A DNA stretch of 64,000 nt. Source: Eledone cirrhosa (taxonomy: Eukaryota). Below are positions 1 to 12,688 of the stretch, in pieces. How positions within the stretch are numbered: the first letter of the stretch is position 1; each line of letters begins with the position of its first letter. Both the position numbers and the translations under genes were made by a program. The stretch covers positions 2,356,001 to 2,420,000 of the forward strand of contig OZ024743.1 in assembly GCA_964016885.1 (NCBI GenBank). Reading direction: 5' to 3'. Below the pieces are notes generated by a model, which saw nothing but the letters and a program-made list of their open reading frames with translations, ran no database searches and was not told the DNA's origin.

Positions 1-256
1 TCCAGCTACAATTCTCTCATCTCTTTCTGCTCTAACTGGTTATTACTGGCCACTCATACTGACGTTAAGGTATTCTTCACAAAATAAATAATATCAAAAT
101 CTCATAGATTCAATATTATGTGAGATAAAGCTTTTACTGCGAAAATACAATAATATATATAGAGTAAGATTCAATATTATATGAGATATTATGTGAGATA
201 AAGCCTTTACAGTGAAAGTACAATAGTGTATATAAAGTAATGTAAATTCTAAAGGG
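1..256 (+). mobile_element. piggyBac-like MITE, partial (cut by window edge)
   Basis: Homologous to 1729-1935; ends aattctaaaggg followed by TTAA. Confidence 0.65.
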
Positions 257-623
257 TTAAGAGTATACATATCTGTGTAATGCTTACATAGCTACTTACA
301 CAGTTACTTACACATTAATTTCACAAGTAGATTCTACTATTGATTGAACAGTAGCACTCACCATCAAAACCAACAGAGGCTCATTCATTAAATAAATCAA
401 AGTTCTTTTTAACACTATTGCTTAAAAGAAAGCCAGTGATGTAATTTCAACGTATCGATTACTTTTACGGCTCTTAACAGGCCAATTTCTCGTCAACAAA
501 CAAGTATCCATAAAATTGGGTACTTCAAGTTTAAGTCTGTAAATCTTTGAAGAAGTACATGCCAGAATAAAGATGTTCTGATGATAATTAGAGTGACAGT
601 AGCATTCATTATTATCTGATTAA

Positions 624-825
624 CGGCGGTGGATTGGCAGTATCGGTAGATGGTCGGACGCCATGCTTTGACGCAAAGAGTTACGGTCATTTCCATTCTG
701 AGTTCAAATCCCCCCCCCCCCCCCCCGAGGTTAACTTTGGCTTTCATCGTTACGGGGTCGATAAAATAAAGTAGCAGTAAAACACTGGGTAATTGCTGGC
801 CTTGTGCCAAAAGTAGAAATAATTA
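624..825 (+). mobile_element. tRNA-derived SINE, family A
   Basis: A-box-like tggcagtatcggtag, B-box gagttcaaatccc, body ctttcatc...ggggtcgataaaataaagta...ggccttgtgccaaaagtagaaa; many copies in the window. Confidence 0.8.
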
Positions 826-865
826 TTATCTGATTAACCACTCAGCCATAGATAACAGAAGCAAT

Positions 866-1010
866 TCAATGACGACCACGATGACGATCAAACAACAGTA
901 ACAACAACAATAACAATGGCAACATCAATGACAACAGTAACAACGACAACAACAGCAGTAACAACATCAACAATAGTAGTAATAACAACAACAGTAAAAA
1001 CAGCAGCAGT
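866..1010. repeat. (AAC/AAT/AGC)n degenerate trinucleotide repeat
   Basis: Seen directly; explains the poly-Leu ORF. Confidence 0.85.
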
Positions 1011-1728
1011 TCAATTCTATTGTCACCAATAGAGAAAGACACCATTTTACATTTATTTTCCATATGCAGGCATGGGCTGGATGGGTTATCATGTTCTGAT
1101 ATTTCACAGGTCAGATAATCATGCCTTGCTCATATATTCAATTTTGGGATAGTTTTTATGAATGGATGCCCTTCCTCACAACAACCACTTTACAGTGTGT
1201 ATTGGATACATTTAATCATGACACCACTACTGTCACTTTACAGAGTGTACTGGGTGCTTTTTTTTTTTTTTTTGTATCATTAGAACTAGCACTTTGCAGT
1301 GTATACTGGGTGCTTTTTGTCATGATACTAGTGTACTACCACTTTACAGGGTGCCACCTGATAGTGTGGGCTGGGTGTGTTTCATCATGGCATCACTTCT
1401 ATCTCTTTAAAGAGTGGACTGGGTGCATTTTATCATGGTACAAGCACTATCATTTTATAAAACAGGCTGGATGTATTTCACCATGGCACCAACATTACCA
1501 CTTTACAACACTACGGCACTCTATTGTGTCTTCAGCCAACAATTCAGTAATCAATACAGCTTATCATTCACTGTGAAACACACCTTGCTATGAAAATCAA
1601 GCAGCTGAATCTATTTATCAGTCATGTTGGAGATAAATAAATATTGATTGATTGATTACCTGGTTACTATAGTAACTATAGTTCTATAGTTACTATAGAA
1701 ACTATAGAACCATAGAACTGTCTCTTAA

Positions 1729-1935
1729 CCCTTTAGCATTTAAACCAGCTGTATCTGGCCAGAATTCTCTCATCTCTTTCTGTACAAACCGGCTATAAAC
1801 AGCTGCTCATACTTATGTTAAGGTATTGTTCTCAAAATAAATGATATCAAAATCTCGTAGATTCAATGTTATGAGTTTTAAGCCTTTACTGTGAAAATAT
1901 AATAGTAAATATAGAGTAATGTAAATGCTAAAGAG
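1729..1935 (+). mobile_element. piggyBac-like MITE with TTAA target site
   Basis: TTAA|ccctttagcattta ... taaatgctaaagag|TTAA; other copies at 1-256, 2855-3006 (-) and 14957-15153 (-). Confidence 0.75.
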
Positions 1936-2598
1936 TTAATCTAAGATTAGTACTTTTACTACACAGTGGACATACAACTGATTTCACTAATTCATGATCA
2001 ACAAAGACCTGAGCAGAAGTGGTGATTGTCTGATGAAGAAGTGCCAGGAAATACAAGAGGAAGACCTGGAAGCGGTGGTGAAATCCTTTATCATCCTAAT
2101 AGTGAGTTTGTTGTTAGCAATAGAACCACCCTTGCATGAAATGGACACAAAACTGCTTCTACATTGTCAGCAATGTGAAATAAATATTTTGTTCAACAAC
2201 ACAACACACCTTCCGGTCCAGGAATCAAACTCACGACATTAATGACATTATGATTGTAAGTCCAACATTTTAACCACTAAGCCATGTGTCTTGTACATTT
2301 AAATATACTTCCTACATTGCTCATGATAGCAATATAATAGGTTTTGTTAAAGGAAATCAGTGCAAGCCAAAGACCAGAAACTAGTTAGTTCTTTTGATAC
2401 CAAACTGCCTGAAACTGCTCCAGTTTCTATGAAACAAAACTGTTATATAAAATTATAACTCTGATAAATATGAGTTTTACTAAAATATAACTTGAAATTT
2501 CAAAATTACTAGACTGGTACTTTTTTATTGACTTCGAAAGGATGAAAGGCAAATACTTATAATACTAAGATAATAAAAAGAAATTTACATTATATCTA

Positions 2599-2855
2599 GG
2601 ATGGGTAAAATTCCCGAGATCCATGGACGAGTTCTCTCCAGCGGTCTCTGTCCCTCATTATCGCTGCCATGTCCTGCGTCTCCAACAGACTAGTGTCTGT
2701 CCTTAGGGCATCAACATACGTTAACCTTGGTCTTCCTCTTCCAGTGTGTCCATGTAGGGCTCCCACAGGAACACTGAGTGCAATGTCAACTCTGGATGTC
2801 GGTGAGCATGTCCAGCTAACCTCAGTCTCCTCTGTGTCACTTTTGAGCTGACTTT
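2599..2855 (-). mobile_element. RTE-clade LINE 3' fragment
   Basis: Same family as 31203-31665, whose translation RLAGHAHRHPE...LLWDP...TYID...MRDRDRWR resembles an RTE ORF C-terminus. Confidence 0.7.
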
Positions 2856-3006
2856 TATATATACTATTATATTTTTATAGTAAAGGCTTTACCTCACATA
2901 ATATTGAATCTATATAACATCAGTATGAGTGGCTGGTTACAGCTGGTTTGAACAGAAAGAGGTGAGATAATTCTGGCCGAATATGGCCGGTTTAAATGCT
3001 AAAGGG
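2855..3006 (-). mobile_element. piggyBac-like MITE copy
   Basis: Reverse complement of the 1729-1935 family; ends aaatgctaaaggg|TTAA. Confidence 0.65.
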
Positions 3007-4356
3007 TTAAACTTAACTCTTTTCATACACTTGAAACTGCCATTGGTTTTATTATGTCTGTTTTAAAGTGTTTATATTTATCTAAAAATCTTCCATCATA
3101 ATTTTATGTAAGAACCGTTATCAAGTTATGTTCCAAACAACAACTTAATAATGAAAAACTTATTTTACTTAATTCCTCTAAATTCTTGATTATTACCCAA
3201 GATTGTCCATCTCAGTATAGAAACAATATTATAAACAGGTGTTGTAAAGAATGAAATAGCTAATATACAATATATAAAAAACAAGATATTTAATTCAGAG
3301 GTAGTATTATACAAAAATAGAGCATGAATCAGCATGAGAAATCCTTGGAAATCAAACAAAACCAAAATCCTTATAAAGTATTGGCAATAATGGTGTAGGG
3401 AAACAAAATAGATATTGTGGACACACCAAGTTATTGTTCCTCAGATTCAGTTGTTTTCTCTGAAAAGAACTTTAAGAATCCTTCAACTATTTTATCAATT
3501 GACCATTGCTACAAAGATATTGCTACATACGTAAGTAAACACTTCAACTGCTTCTTGCATGTTCTCAGGCATTCTCGGAATGAAATAGTTATAGTACATC
3601 CTTTTGTGTCAGAAATGTGAAATATGAAAATATAAAACAGATGGGCAAATTTGCAAAAAAAAAAAAATAACAATAGGAAGGAAAGCTCCAGCTGTCATTC
3701 AATATTCTTTCCTTTTTGTTTTTTTCTGTCATCTCTTTCTTTGTCTTTTATTTTCTTTCTTTCTGTGTTTACTGCTCTTTGAAAAAAAACCTTGTAAAGA
3801 TGAACGAATGCCAACAATCCATATGTATTCCAGACAAATATATTTTTTTAATACTGAAAGATGTTCAGTTTTTAAGTATAAGAGCATCAATAGACAATTA
3901 ATTAATATATTTATAGACACATTATACACTTTAATGATCTGTTTACTAAAAGTGATTTCCTTTTTGGCACCAGTTGCCATTGTAAATATCATCAATTGCC
4001 AAACACTGGGAACCATAAGTCAATCTAGATATTACAATAGATATAAACAGTAGAAAGTCAACAACCCCTTTTCATGCCAGCCCCAACAAGATCTCAACTC
4101 ACCTATTATTTCTGACAATTCTCTGTTCATCAAAATAGTAAGTTTATTAACTCCTAACAATGGTTAAGTAGAAATGTCAAAAATGAGTTTGTTAATTCAA
4201 ATGTTTATAGTATTTTATTTTCTAGTAGAGTTATATAAACATACAGAAAAAGAAAGGACTATAAATGCCATAAATGAGAAGAAAAAGAGAAGAGCAAGGA
4301 CTACTAGATAAAGGAAGAAAGAAAAGGGGAAGAGAAGAGGGTGACTGACTCCACAC

Positions 4357-5580
4357 CTAGGTTAGAGCGGTGTTTTGGCTGAGCCCTGTGGATAAAACGG
4401 TAAAGGCATTTCCACAGACAATGGCCAGTGACACCCGTTGCAACAGCCACTCCATCGTGTGGGGCTCCTTCTTCTGGGCTGCTATCAATCTGATTTTACA
4501 GAGGAGGTCAGCTGTCCGGAGTCCAAGGACACCTGCGGTCACAACAGTGACCAGTGCAAAGAGAAAGTGGTCGGACAATCTCTGGTATTTGTTTGTCTTC
4601 CTGCCCTCTGCATTGTGAGCTGCAATACCAGGGTTTGTCGCCAAGGTGATTAACTTGAAGGTGGAAAACGTGTCACAACATGTTGCATCCCAGATGAGGG
4701 ATTTGAAAGGGAAGAGGGTAATTCTGTTGGGGTGCTTGCCATCACCACGATCGAGGCCTACTGGTTCCAGTTGTGATGGGAAGCTAACTGCATCAAGGCT
4801 CCTTCTCATTATGTAGTCGAGTGTGACATATCGGGGGAACCAGCCTGTGCTCTAGCGGCATGATAATGGGTGCAGACTGAACTCACCGACGACAGCTCTA
4901 CAACAGCCTTAATGCTACTCCAATGCGAGTGCACTCATCATCAAAAAGGGTACCAAATTGAGCAACATGACACTGTTTGGTTGCAAGGCAGAATGGAGGT
5001 AGACAAGGCGGTGTTGGTCCAAATGAGACTTGATCCGCCTGAAGGTAGACCTGACTTTGAAGTTGTCCCTGTTACATTGGTCGTTTGTATACTGGGGGAT
5101 GGAGAGACCTTCTCTGGTCCAGTTGGCCTGAATCTACTCAAGTTCTTGGGTCACGTCTTGTTTTGCCATCATGCTGAGGATTTCGCTGACGAGGATCATG
5201 ACTTGAGGAGATTGAGGACAGGTAGGCCAACAGTACCAGATCTGATGCAGATCAGAGACTAAGGCCACCAAACCTCACAGGGAACTTCACCTATTGCCAG
5301 CCAGTGCTGTTGAAACTGACATTGCAGTTGAGTTCCACACAGCGCTGGGTGGTGGCATCAAGTTCACCAAAGTGATCTGCAAGTGAACAAAAATTTAGGA
5401 AGAGTGAAGCAAGAGGAAGAGAGCCGGGTGCGCGTCAATGAGGCACAACCTTTCTGTCATCCTCAACAGGCCTGCATGCTTGGTCTCCAGGCACTCCCAT
5501 GCTGAGAGAAATGGAGAGCCAAGAATGCAGGCAGCATCTTTGGGAATTACCTGAGCCCCAGACAAGACAAGTGTTGTAAA
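4357..5580 (-). pseudogene. Decayed non-LTR retrotransposon with C-terminal restriction-like endonuclease (CRE-like)
   Basis: ORF 4357-4809 has LEP..L.RGDGK.P..ITLFPF...LIWDATC.DT...AE.RK..KY...WLLQRVSLAIVCGNA, the RLE motif pattern; upstream part is GC-richer and broken. Confidence 0.75.
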
Positions 5581-6632
5581 AATTTACAGTATTAAAGTAA
5601 AGACAATTTGAAACAAGTCATAGTGCTCTTTTATACTTTTCAAGAATTTTTTGATAATGTGGTTTCATGTGCTACAGGGCATTAAACTTAATTCAAATGT
5701 TTATAGTATCTTTACTAATGAACATGATGTTGTGCAAACTTGCAATATTAGAGTAAAGATTTTAAATTTTAATGTGAATCAATTATTGTGCTGTTTTGTA
5801 CTTTTCGAGAATGTCTTGCTAATGTGATTTCATGTGGGTTGATAATTCAAATGCTTATAGTATCTTTACTAGTTGATAAATCATTGTAATAATGACTTTA
5901 ATTTTTAATGTGATGCAATCATAGAGCTATTTTATGCTTTTCAATAGTGTCTTGATAAAGTGGTTTTATTCGGTACAGAACATTAAAGTTAATACAAAAC
6001 TTCTGAGTTCAAGTCCCACCAAAGTCAACTTTGCCTTTTGTCCTTCTGAGGTCAATAAAATAAAGTACCACTCCATTACTGGGGTTGATTTAATGAACTT
6101 TGCCCTCCTCATAAATTTGCTGGGCTCATGCTTAAATTAGAAAGCAATATTTAATGTGATGCAATTGCAGTGCAGTTTTAATGTGACTTCATGTGAAACA
6201 GGATGTTAAGAGTTAACAAATTATCAGGATGTATATTAGACATTTTTTATTCTTCTAGTCTATAACCAAATAATACGATTAGAAACATATGGACTGTTAA
6301 ATTTGATGGTGTTTTCATGGAGTTATTTGGATTTTGCAATGGCTGGCATAATTAGGGAGGGAACAAGAATAATTAAATTGATTATGCAAAAGAAGAAGCA
6401 CAGTATGTTCCGGTATAAATGTAATTTATGTAATATCTTACATCTGGTACCATCATCATCATCATCATCATTTTTGTGTCAATTTTTCCATACTGGAATG
6501 GGTTGGATGGAACTTTTTGAGACAATGTTTTACAGCCAGATGCCCTTCCTGACACTAACCCTTACAACACACAAGGATATGGTGCACCTATTCTAAAACC
6601 TGGGATACAAATGACATACACACACAAACATA

Positions 6633-6671
<39 letters not shown>

Positions 6672-6682
6672 TATATGTATAA

Positions 6683-6792
6683 AAATGACTTCTACAGTAT
6701 TAGAACTGTTTCATTCGTATGAAATCATCAGGAATTTCCTAATGACTTCATTTCATACAAATGAAACAGTTCTAGTCCTGTAGAAGTCATTT
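6683..6792. mobile_element. Fold-back PLE-type fragment with type I hammerhead (minus strand 6690-6734)
   Basis: Imperfect palindrome; minus strand reads ttc-CTGATGA-t-ttc(atac)gaa-t-GAAA-cag(8 nt)ctg-TA-gaa. Related fragment at about 39990-40040. Confidence 0.65.
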
Positions 6793-6803
6793 ATATATAT
6801 ATA

Positions 6804-7293
6804 TAAATGTAAGTATGTATGTATGTATACGTACATACATATATGTATACAGACGTACAGTAGTATGTATATATATACACACATGCACACATATATATAT
6901 GCACGTATCGGTTTACCGAACATTTATTATAATGCTCGGTTTGTTTGTTTGTAAACAAACAAACAGCCCGGATTACGCCGTACAGTGTTTAGGCAACCAT
7001 GTCACCTTTTTATTCAACACTGACACAGGAATGATGTACTAGTTTCAAGCTTATTAGCTATCGTCAGCATCGTATACCTTCCTGCCAGATGGTAGAACGT
7101 CTGAAAGTATATACTTTCCTTATGCATATTAACGGTTGAGCAGCCTAATTTGCATATCGAGTGAGTTCAGTCGGCCGGGCGCACCGAAAACGATAAATGG
7201 AAAAAATGAAACGAAATTTCATTTCTCACTCTTAGTACGGCACTTACTTAAATGTAAGTATGTATGTATGTATAGATACATACATATATGTAT
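6804..7293 (-). mobile_element. Retrozyme-like non-coding element, 445-nt unit plus ~45-nt terminal direct repeat
   Basis: taaatgtaagtatgtatgtatgtata at 6804 and 7249; internal HHR; second copy from 63655; flanked by (TA)n. Confidence 0.65.
7033..7071 (-). ncRNA. Minimal type I hammerhead ribozyme
   Basis: gatg-CTGACGA-t-agct(aata)agct-t-GAAA-cta-GTA-catc; palindromic stem III (actagt). Confidence 0.8.
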
Positions 7294-9000
7294 GTATATA
7301 TGTATATATATAATAAAGATGCCTATAATCTACCAATGTATTGAGGTATTGAGTAAATTTTATAACTATTGTTACCCTCCCTCCACCCGACACAACTCGG
7401 GAATGTGTGTGTGTGTCTGTGTGTCTGTCTGTGTGCCTGTGTGTGTGTGTGTGTGTGTGTGACACCTAGCCTTTCATAATGCAGTGATATAGTATTCCTA
7501 TTTGAAACCAGATAATTTGATATGTCTAGAATCTAATGTGATAGGTTGTAAAACAAAATCACTGAAACGACAAAGAAGTAGACTGCTGTTTCATACATCA
7601 ATCATCATCATTTTTCATTTTACTGTCCACTTTCCACACTACCATGGATTTGTTTTAATGTCCACTTCACTTTCCACATAAGACTGATGGGCAACCTGGC
7701 TATTAGCATAAATAGATAGATTCCATGCTGGCATAGATTGGACAGATTGCATGTCCTGTGGCTTGACCAGTCAGGTGACCATGTCCTGCTCATTCATACC
7801 ATATTTGGCATGGTTTCTATGGTTAGATACTTTGCCTAACACTAACCCTCTTACAAGGTGTACTGGGTGCATTTTTCATGGCACCAGCATTACCTCTTTA
7901 CCAAGTATACTAGGTGTGTTTTTCATGGCACCAAGACTTCTACCTTACAAGATGGGCTGGGTATATGTTATCATACTCACAGCACCACCGCTTTACAGGG
8001 TGGGCAGGATGCATTTCATTGTGGCGCCAGCACTAGAGATTAGTGGAGGTGGAGGTGATGATGGTGGTGGTGGTGGTGGTGATAATGATGGTGATATCGT
8101 CATCGTCAGCCCAATGGAACCTTGGGTTCATGAAACTATTAACTTTAGCTTCTGATACATATATTATTTTATACTGAGGTATTTTGATTAGTAAAAAGTA
8201 ATGATCCCCTTTGATAAAGTGAAATCTTTATAATCACTAGCAGAAAACTACCCTTAGGGTGGTTTTCTGCTAGCATGTGTAGTGTGCATATTATACGCAA
8301 ATATTATACGCAAATATATATGCATGTAGATATGATACATCAAATAAATTTGTAATTGAGAATATGCACAGAAATTGAAGAGAGAGACTGTGTTACACTC
8401 TCTTCTGTAATCACTAAAGTAACCCATGATACATTTAAAAAAGACGATATTATATATAAACTCCACTACGGCAGAATTTTATGAAAACGAAAAAGGAGAA
8501 AATTAGTGGCGGAAATATAAACCTTATATAAGCGATGTGGTATAGCATCCATTATATCATAACCGGAAGTATTGACATTTGAACATTCTAAAACAAATGA
8601 ACCTTGAAATAAGCAATAAAATTATTTATATTCAATCAAGAGTTATGAAATTTAATACATAAATTATGTAATATTAATTCATTATTTATTCAAAGTAATC
8701 CAACTTATTTTACTAACAGGATAAAAAATATATTCAGGATACAGTCTCACACTCCTCCCTTTATTATGTAATGATTTATACATTCATTGCCATCACCTTT
8801 CAATGTTTATTTTCCACACTTACATGTGTTAGATGGATTGCCATGTTCTGAGGCTAGACTGATGATGTGACTAGGTATTGTTTATATGTTCCATTTTTGG
8901 CTTAGCTTCTATGGCTGGATGCCCTTCCTAACACCAACCACTATACAGCACGTACTAGGAACATTTTTTAAATGGTTGATGTTAGGAAGAACATCCTGAT

Positions 9001-9380
9001 ATAGAACCCATGCTCCCAGTAAACAGCATCCAGCCATAGAAACCATGCTCCCAGTACATGAGATCCAGCCATAGAAACCATGCTCCCAGTACATGAGATC
9101 CAGCCATAGAAACCATACATACTCCCAGTAAATGAGAACCAGCCGTAGAAACCATACATACTCCCAGTACATGAGATCCAGCCATAGAAACCATGCTCCC
9201 AGTACATGAGATCCAGCCATAGAAACCATGCTCCCAGTACATGAGATCCAGCCATAGAAACCGTACATACTCCCAGTAAATGAGAACCAGCCGTAGAAAC
9301 CATACATACTCCCAGTAAATGAGAACCAGCCATAGAAACCAAACTTCCAGTAAATGAGATCCAGCTGTAGAAGCCATGCT
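9001..9380. repeat. Minisatellite with 35/39-bp units (ccagccatagaaaccatgctcccagtacatgagat), ~10 copies
   Basis: Tandem units seen directly; explains the overlapping ORFs at 8909-9441. Confidence 0.9.
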
Positions 9381-9674
9381 CTAATTCAAGCTGTGATATT
9401 TTATCCCTTCTGTGTAAAATTGCCAGATAGAACTGTGACACTTACAAGGAGAGAATCAAGTACTTGTGAACTAAGTAAATCAATAGAGATTATTTTATGG
9501 TAGTAAATTACTGCCACAACTACTAAATAGTTTTATTCTGCAATAACAACCTGTTGAGGTGTTGCTACAGTTGTTTAGCCCCAGGCAAGCCTTCATCCAA
9601 CAGAAATAGGATCAAAGGCTGTCAAGCTATAACTACCAAGTTTTTTATATTTTTTCAGTCATAGTAAAATTGTG

Positions 9675-9990
9675 AAGGCATGTGGTTTAGTGGTTAGAAT
9701 GTTCGGCTGATGATTATAAGGTCATGAGTTCCATTTCCAGAACACACCAGATGGTGTGTTGTATCCTTGAGCAAGACACTTTATTTCATGATGCTCCAAT
9801 CCACTTAGCTGGCAAAAATGGGTTATACAAGTAATTCAAATGACCAACCTTATCACACATTGTCTCAAACTGAATCTCCCTGAGAATTACATTAAGGGTA
9901 CACATGTCTGTGGAATTCTCAGTTACTTACATGTTAATTTCACTAGCAGGTGGTTCCATTGATTGAATCAACTAGAGCACTAGTTGATTA
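9675..9990 (+). mobile_element. tRNA-derived SINE, family B
   Basis: Head gtggtttagtggttaga...gagttc, body ccttgagcaagacactttatttc...tgaatctccctgagaattacattaagggtacac; copies at about 22945-23190 (+), 33300-33605 (-), 33930-34190 (-), 42175-42380 (-). Confidence 0.7.
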
Positions 9991-10039
9991 AAAAAATATG
10001 GTATAACTACAAGTATTTTAAGACATTTTCCCAGTTAAA

Positions 10040-10330
10040 GCAGGGGTTAACCATATGGGCATCTCCATTTTTCCCTACTGTCTACAGCCCACCTCAGCAA
10101 CTCACTGGATTTCATTTCCTCCTCCATTAACATTAACCATGTCCTTCTTGGTCCCCCATTTCCTCTGTTTCCTTCCACATTCATTTCCATCATTCTTATC
10201 ACCCAGTCACAGTTACCCTTCCTCAACACATGAACCAGCCATCTCATTCCATTTCTCTTCACAACATTCATTCTGGCTCTATTCTTCTCATCCAGTCACA
10301 TTCATTCTTCCTCAACACATGACACAATCA
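10040..10330 (-). mobile_element. RTE-type LINE 3' fragment
   Basis: ORF 10047-10271: RW.VHVLRK...V.R.ME.NVEG.R..G.PRRTW, a typical RTE C-terminus. Confidence 0.7.
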
Positions 10331-10811
10331 TCTCATTCCACAACATTCATCACTAGTTCTACTCCCAGTAAGAGGCCACTAAAAGAGTTGGCCCCATGAA
10401 GGGCATCAAGCCATAAAACAATATGCCACTTATTCTCGCTATCAGCACCCTGAGTCCTAACCCCACCAAGGTCAACTTCGCCTTGTGTCATTTTGAAGTT
10501 GATTCTCACTCTCCCTCTCTCTGGATGAAAGGTAATGTTGACCTTGGCTGGATTTTATCTAAAAAATTTAAGAGCTGGAACAAATACTGCTAAATATATC
10601 CCATACTCTAATGATTCTGCCAAAAAAAAAATTTAAATACATAAATAATAATAATTTCTACTTTAGGCACAAGGCTAGCAATTTGAAGAGGAGGGCAAGT
10701 CGAATAAATTGACCCCAGTGTATTATGGTACTTTATTTTATTGACCCCGTAAGGATGAAAGGCAAACACTGTTCACTTTCCTGATATTTATACATTATTC
10801 TATGTACTAAG

Positions 10812-11003
10812 AGCAGTGGATTGGCAGTATCGGTAGAGGGTCGGACACCATGCTTTGACGCATTTAGTTACAGCCCTTGCCATTCTGAGTTCAAATCCCG
10901 CCGAGGTTAACTTTGCCTTTCATCCTTAAGAGGTCGATAAAATAAAGTACCAGTAATACACTGGGGTAATAGCTGGCCTTGTGCCAAAAGTAGAAACAAT
11001 TAT
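10812..11003 (+). mobile_element. tRNA-derived SINE, family A (cluster with opposite-strand copies across 10530-11390)
   Basis: Same A/B boxes and body as 624-825. Confidence 0.8.
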
Positions 11004-11170
11004 TCTATGTACTATACATGCACCTTTGACGAGTTGTAATGTACCTGAGCACTGTACACAATAATTTCATTATTATTATAACCTTGGAGGGATTTTAACC
11101 CAGAACGTAAAGGGCCGTAACTCTATGCTGCGAAGCATGTTGTCTGACAATCTGTTGATACTGCCAATTC

Positions 11171-11203
<33 letters not shown>

Positions 11204-11699
11204 TGTTTCTACATTAAGCACAAGGCCAGCAATTTGGGGAGGGGAAAGTTGATTAAATCATCTCCAGTATTTATTTTATTGGCCTTGGAAGGATAAAAGG
11301 TAAAGTTGACCTCAGTGGGATTTGAACTCAGAAGAGCTGGAACAAATACTGCTAAGCATTTGTTTGATTCTCTAACAATTCTGCCACAAAATAAAACAAA
11401 TTTTAATAATAATGATAACTACATTTAATTTCTGATGTTATTCCTGTTCCTAACTGCAGCTAATGCTTGAAACTATGTCATTCAGTTCTGGTGAGTCAGA
11501 AAAACAAAAACAAACAAAAATAGGAAATAAAGAAACAAATAAAATTTGCAGAACTATGTAAACTAAAGTGACTGCTTGATAAGATGACTTGCACCATACA
11601 ATTACTCATTTGAGGTTAGATGTTTATTCCAACTGCATGATAGAGCTATGTATGAAATATTAACTTGCCTAAAAGACTGAGTGTATGTGAAATGAGAAT

Positions 11700-12045
11700 A
11701 TAGTTGGGCATAACCATAGTTCTAAAGAAATACAAGTAATTAATGAAGAAATTTTATGGTTTTTATAAAATTATAAATTATTTCATGACTAAGATAATTT
11801 AACATGGTTCTAAACCCTATTGTTAATGGAAAAAAAACATTAGTTCAATTAACTAATGAAGAAATTTGAGGGATTTAATAAAATTATTAAATATTTCATT
11901 ACTAAGATAGTAATTTAACATATGGTTCTTAACCCTATGCTAATAAAAAAAAAAACACTAGTTCAATTAATTGATGAAGAAATTTAGGGATTTACTAAAA
12001 TGGTTAATTTTTTCATTACTAAGATAGTAACTTAACAAATGGTGT
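11700..12045. repeat. Degenerate tandem repeat, ~115-bp unit x3
   Basis: Recurring atgaagaaattt...atttcat(g/t)actaagata..aatttaaca motif. Confidence 0.7.
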
Positions 12046-12520
12046 CTATATAAGATTATATTGGGAGATTTTAATTTAAATAAGAACCCTTTAAAATGAG
12101 TGGTAGTGTTTCAATAGAACCAGGGGCGATTTTAGCAAAGTTGGTATCAAAAGGGTAAAATAAGAATCGTTTAAAATTGTGGTTTGTTTCATAGAACAAG
12201 GGGTGGATTTTGGCCAGGTTCATATTAAAAAGATTAAGCCAAAGTATGCAAGTTAAGCAGCTGAGTTGGTTTGAACTGGTAATGTTTGTATGGACAACAT
12301 CACATGGGTAAAAGGGGCGAATGTGTGCTGACAGTGGCAGAGAAAAAGGAACTGTGGTTTGGAGAAAACCAAGAAAGACAGGGAGCAATGATAAGATCAA
12401 ATCTGAATGAGAACAACTTCAGAGTAAATATGATGCTGGATTGTGTAGAACCCATTCAATCCAGCTTTGTCAACATGGAGAAATACTAATAGCAACCAAC
12501 TCTACCTCAAATCATACCTA

Positions 12521-12688
12521 CTGTATTTCCCGGCGCCGAAGATACCTCATCCTTGAGGACACACCCTAATTTTGAAAGCCAAAAATTTGAAAAAAATGAA
12601 TAAACAACCTTCGGCCACCAGGACGCATGGTAGATTTTTGAGACTTATTTTAGGAAAAAAGTAGCGTCTTCGACACCAGGAAATACAG
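12521..12688. mobile_element. Tc1/pogo-type MITE
   Basis: TIRs ctgtatttcccggcgccgaaga / tcttcgacaccaggaaatacag; preceded by TA. Confidence 0.65.

Noticed and set aside
624-730. tRNA gene
   Set aside because: A/B boxes are followed by a constant SINE body in many copies and no cloverleaf is evident.
2026-2058. CTGATGA...GAAA hammerhead-like words
   Set aside because: No stem II or III pairing.
8237-8273. Short palindrome ctagcagaaaactaccct/agggtggttttctgctag as a Helitron end
   Set aside because: No matching 5' end or second copy in the window.
9001-9380. CRISPR-like periodicity (35-39 bp)
   Set aside because: Units are contiguous with no unique spacers, there are no cas genes, and the context is eukaryotic.
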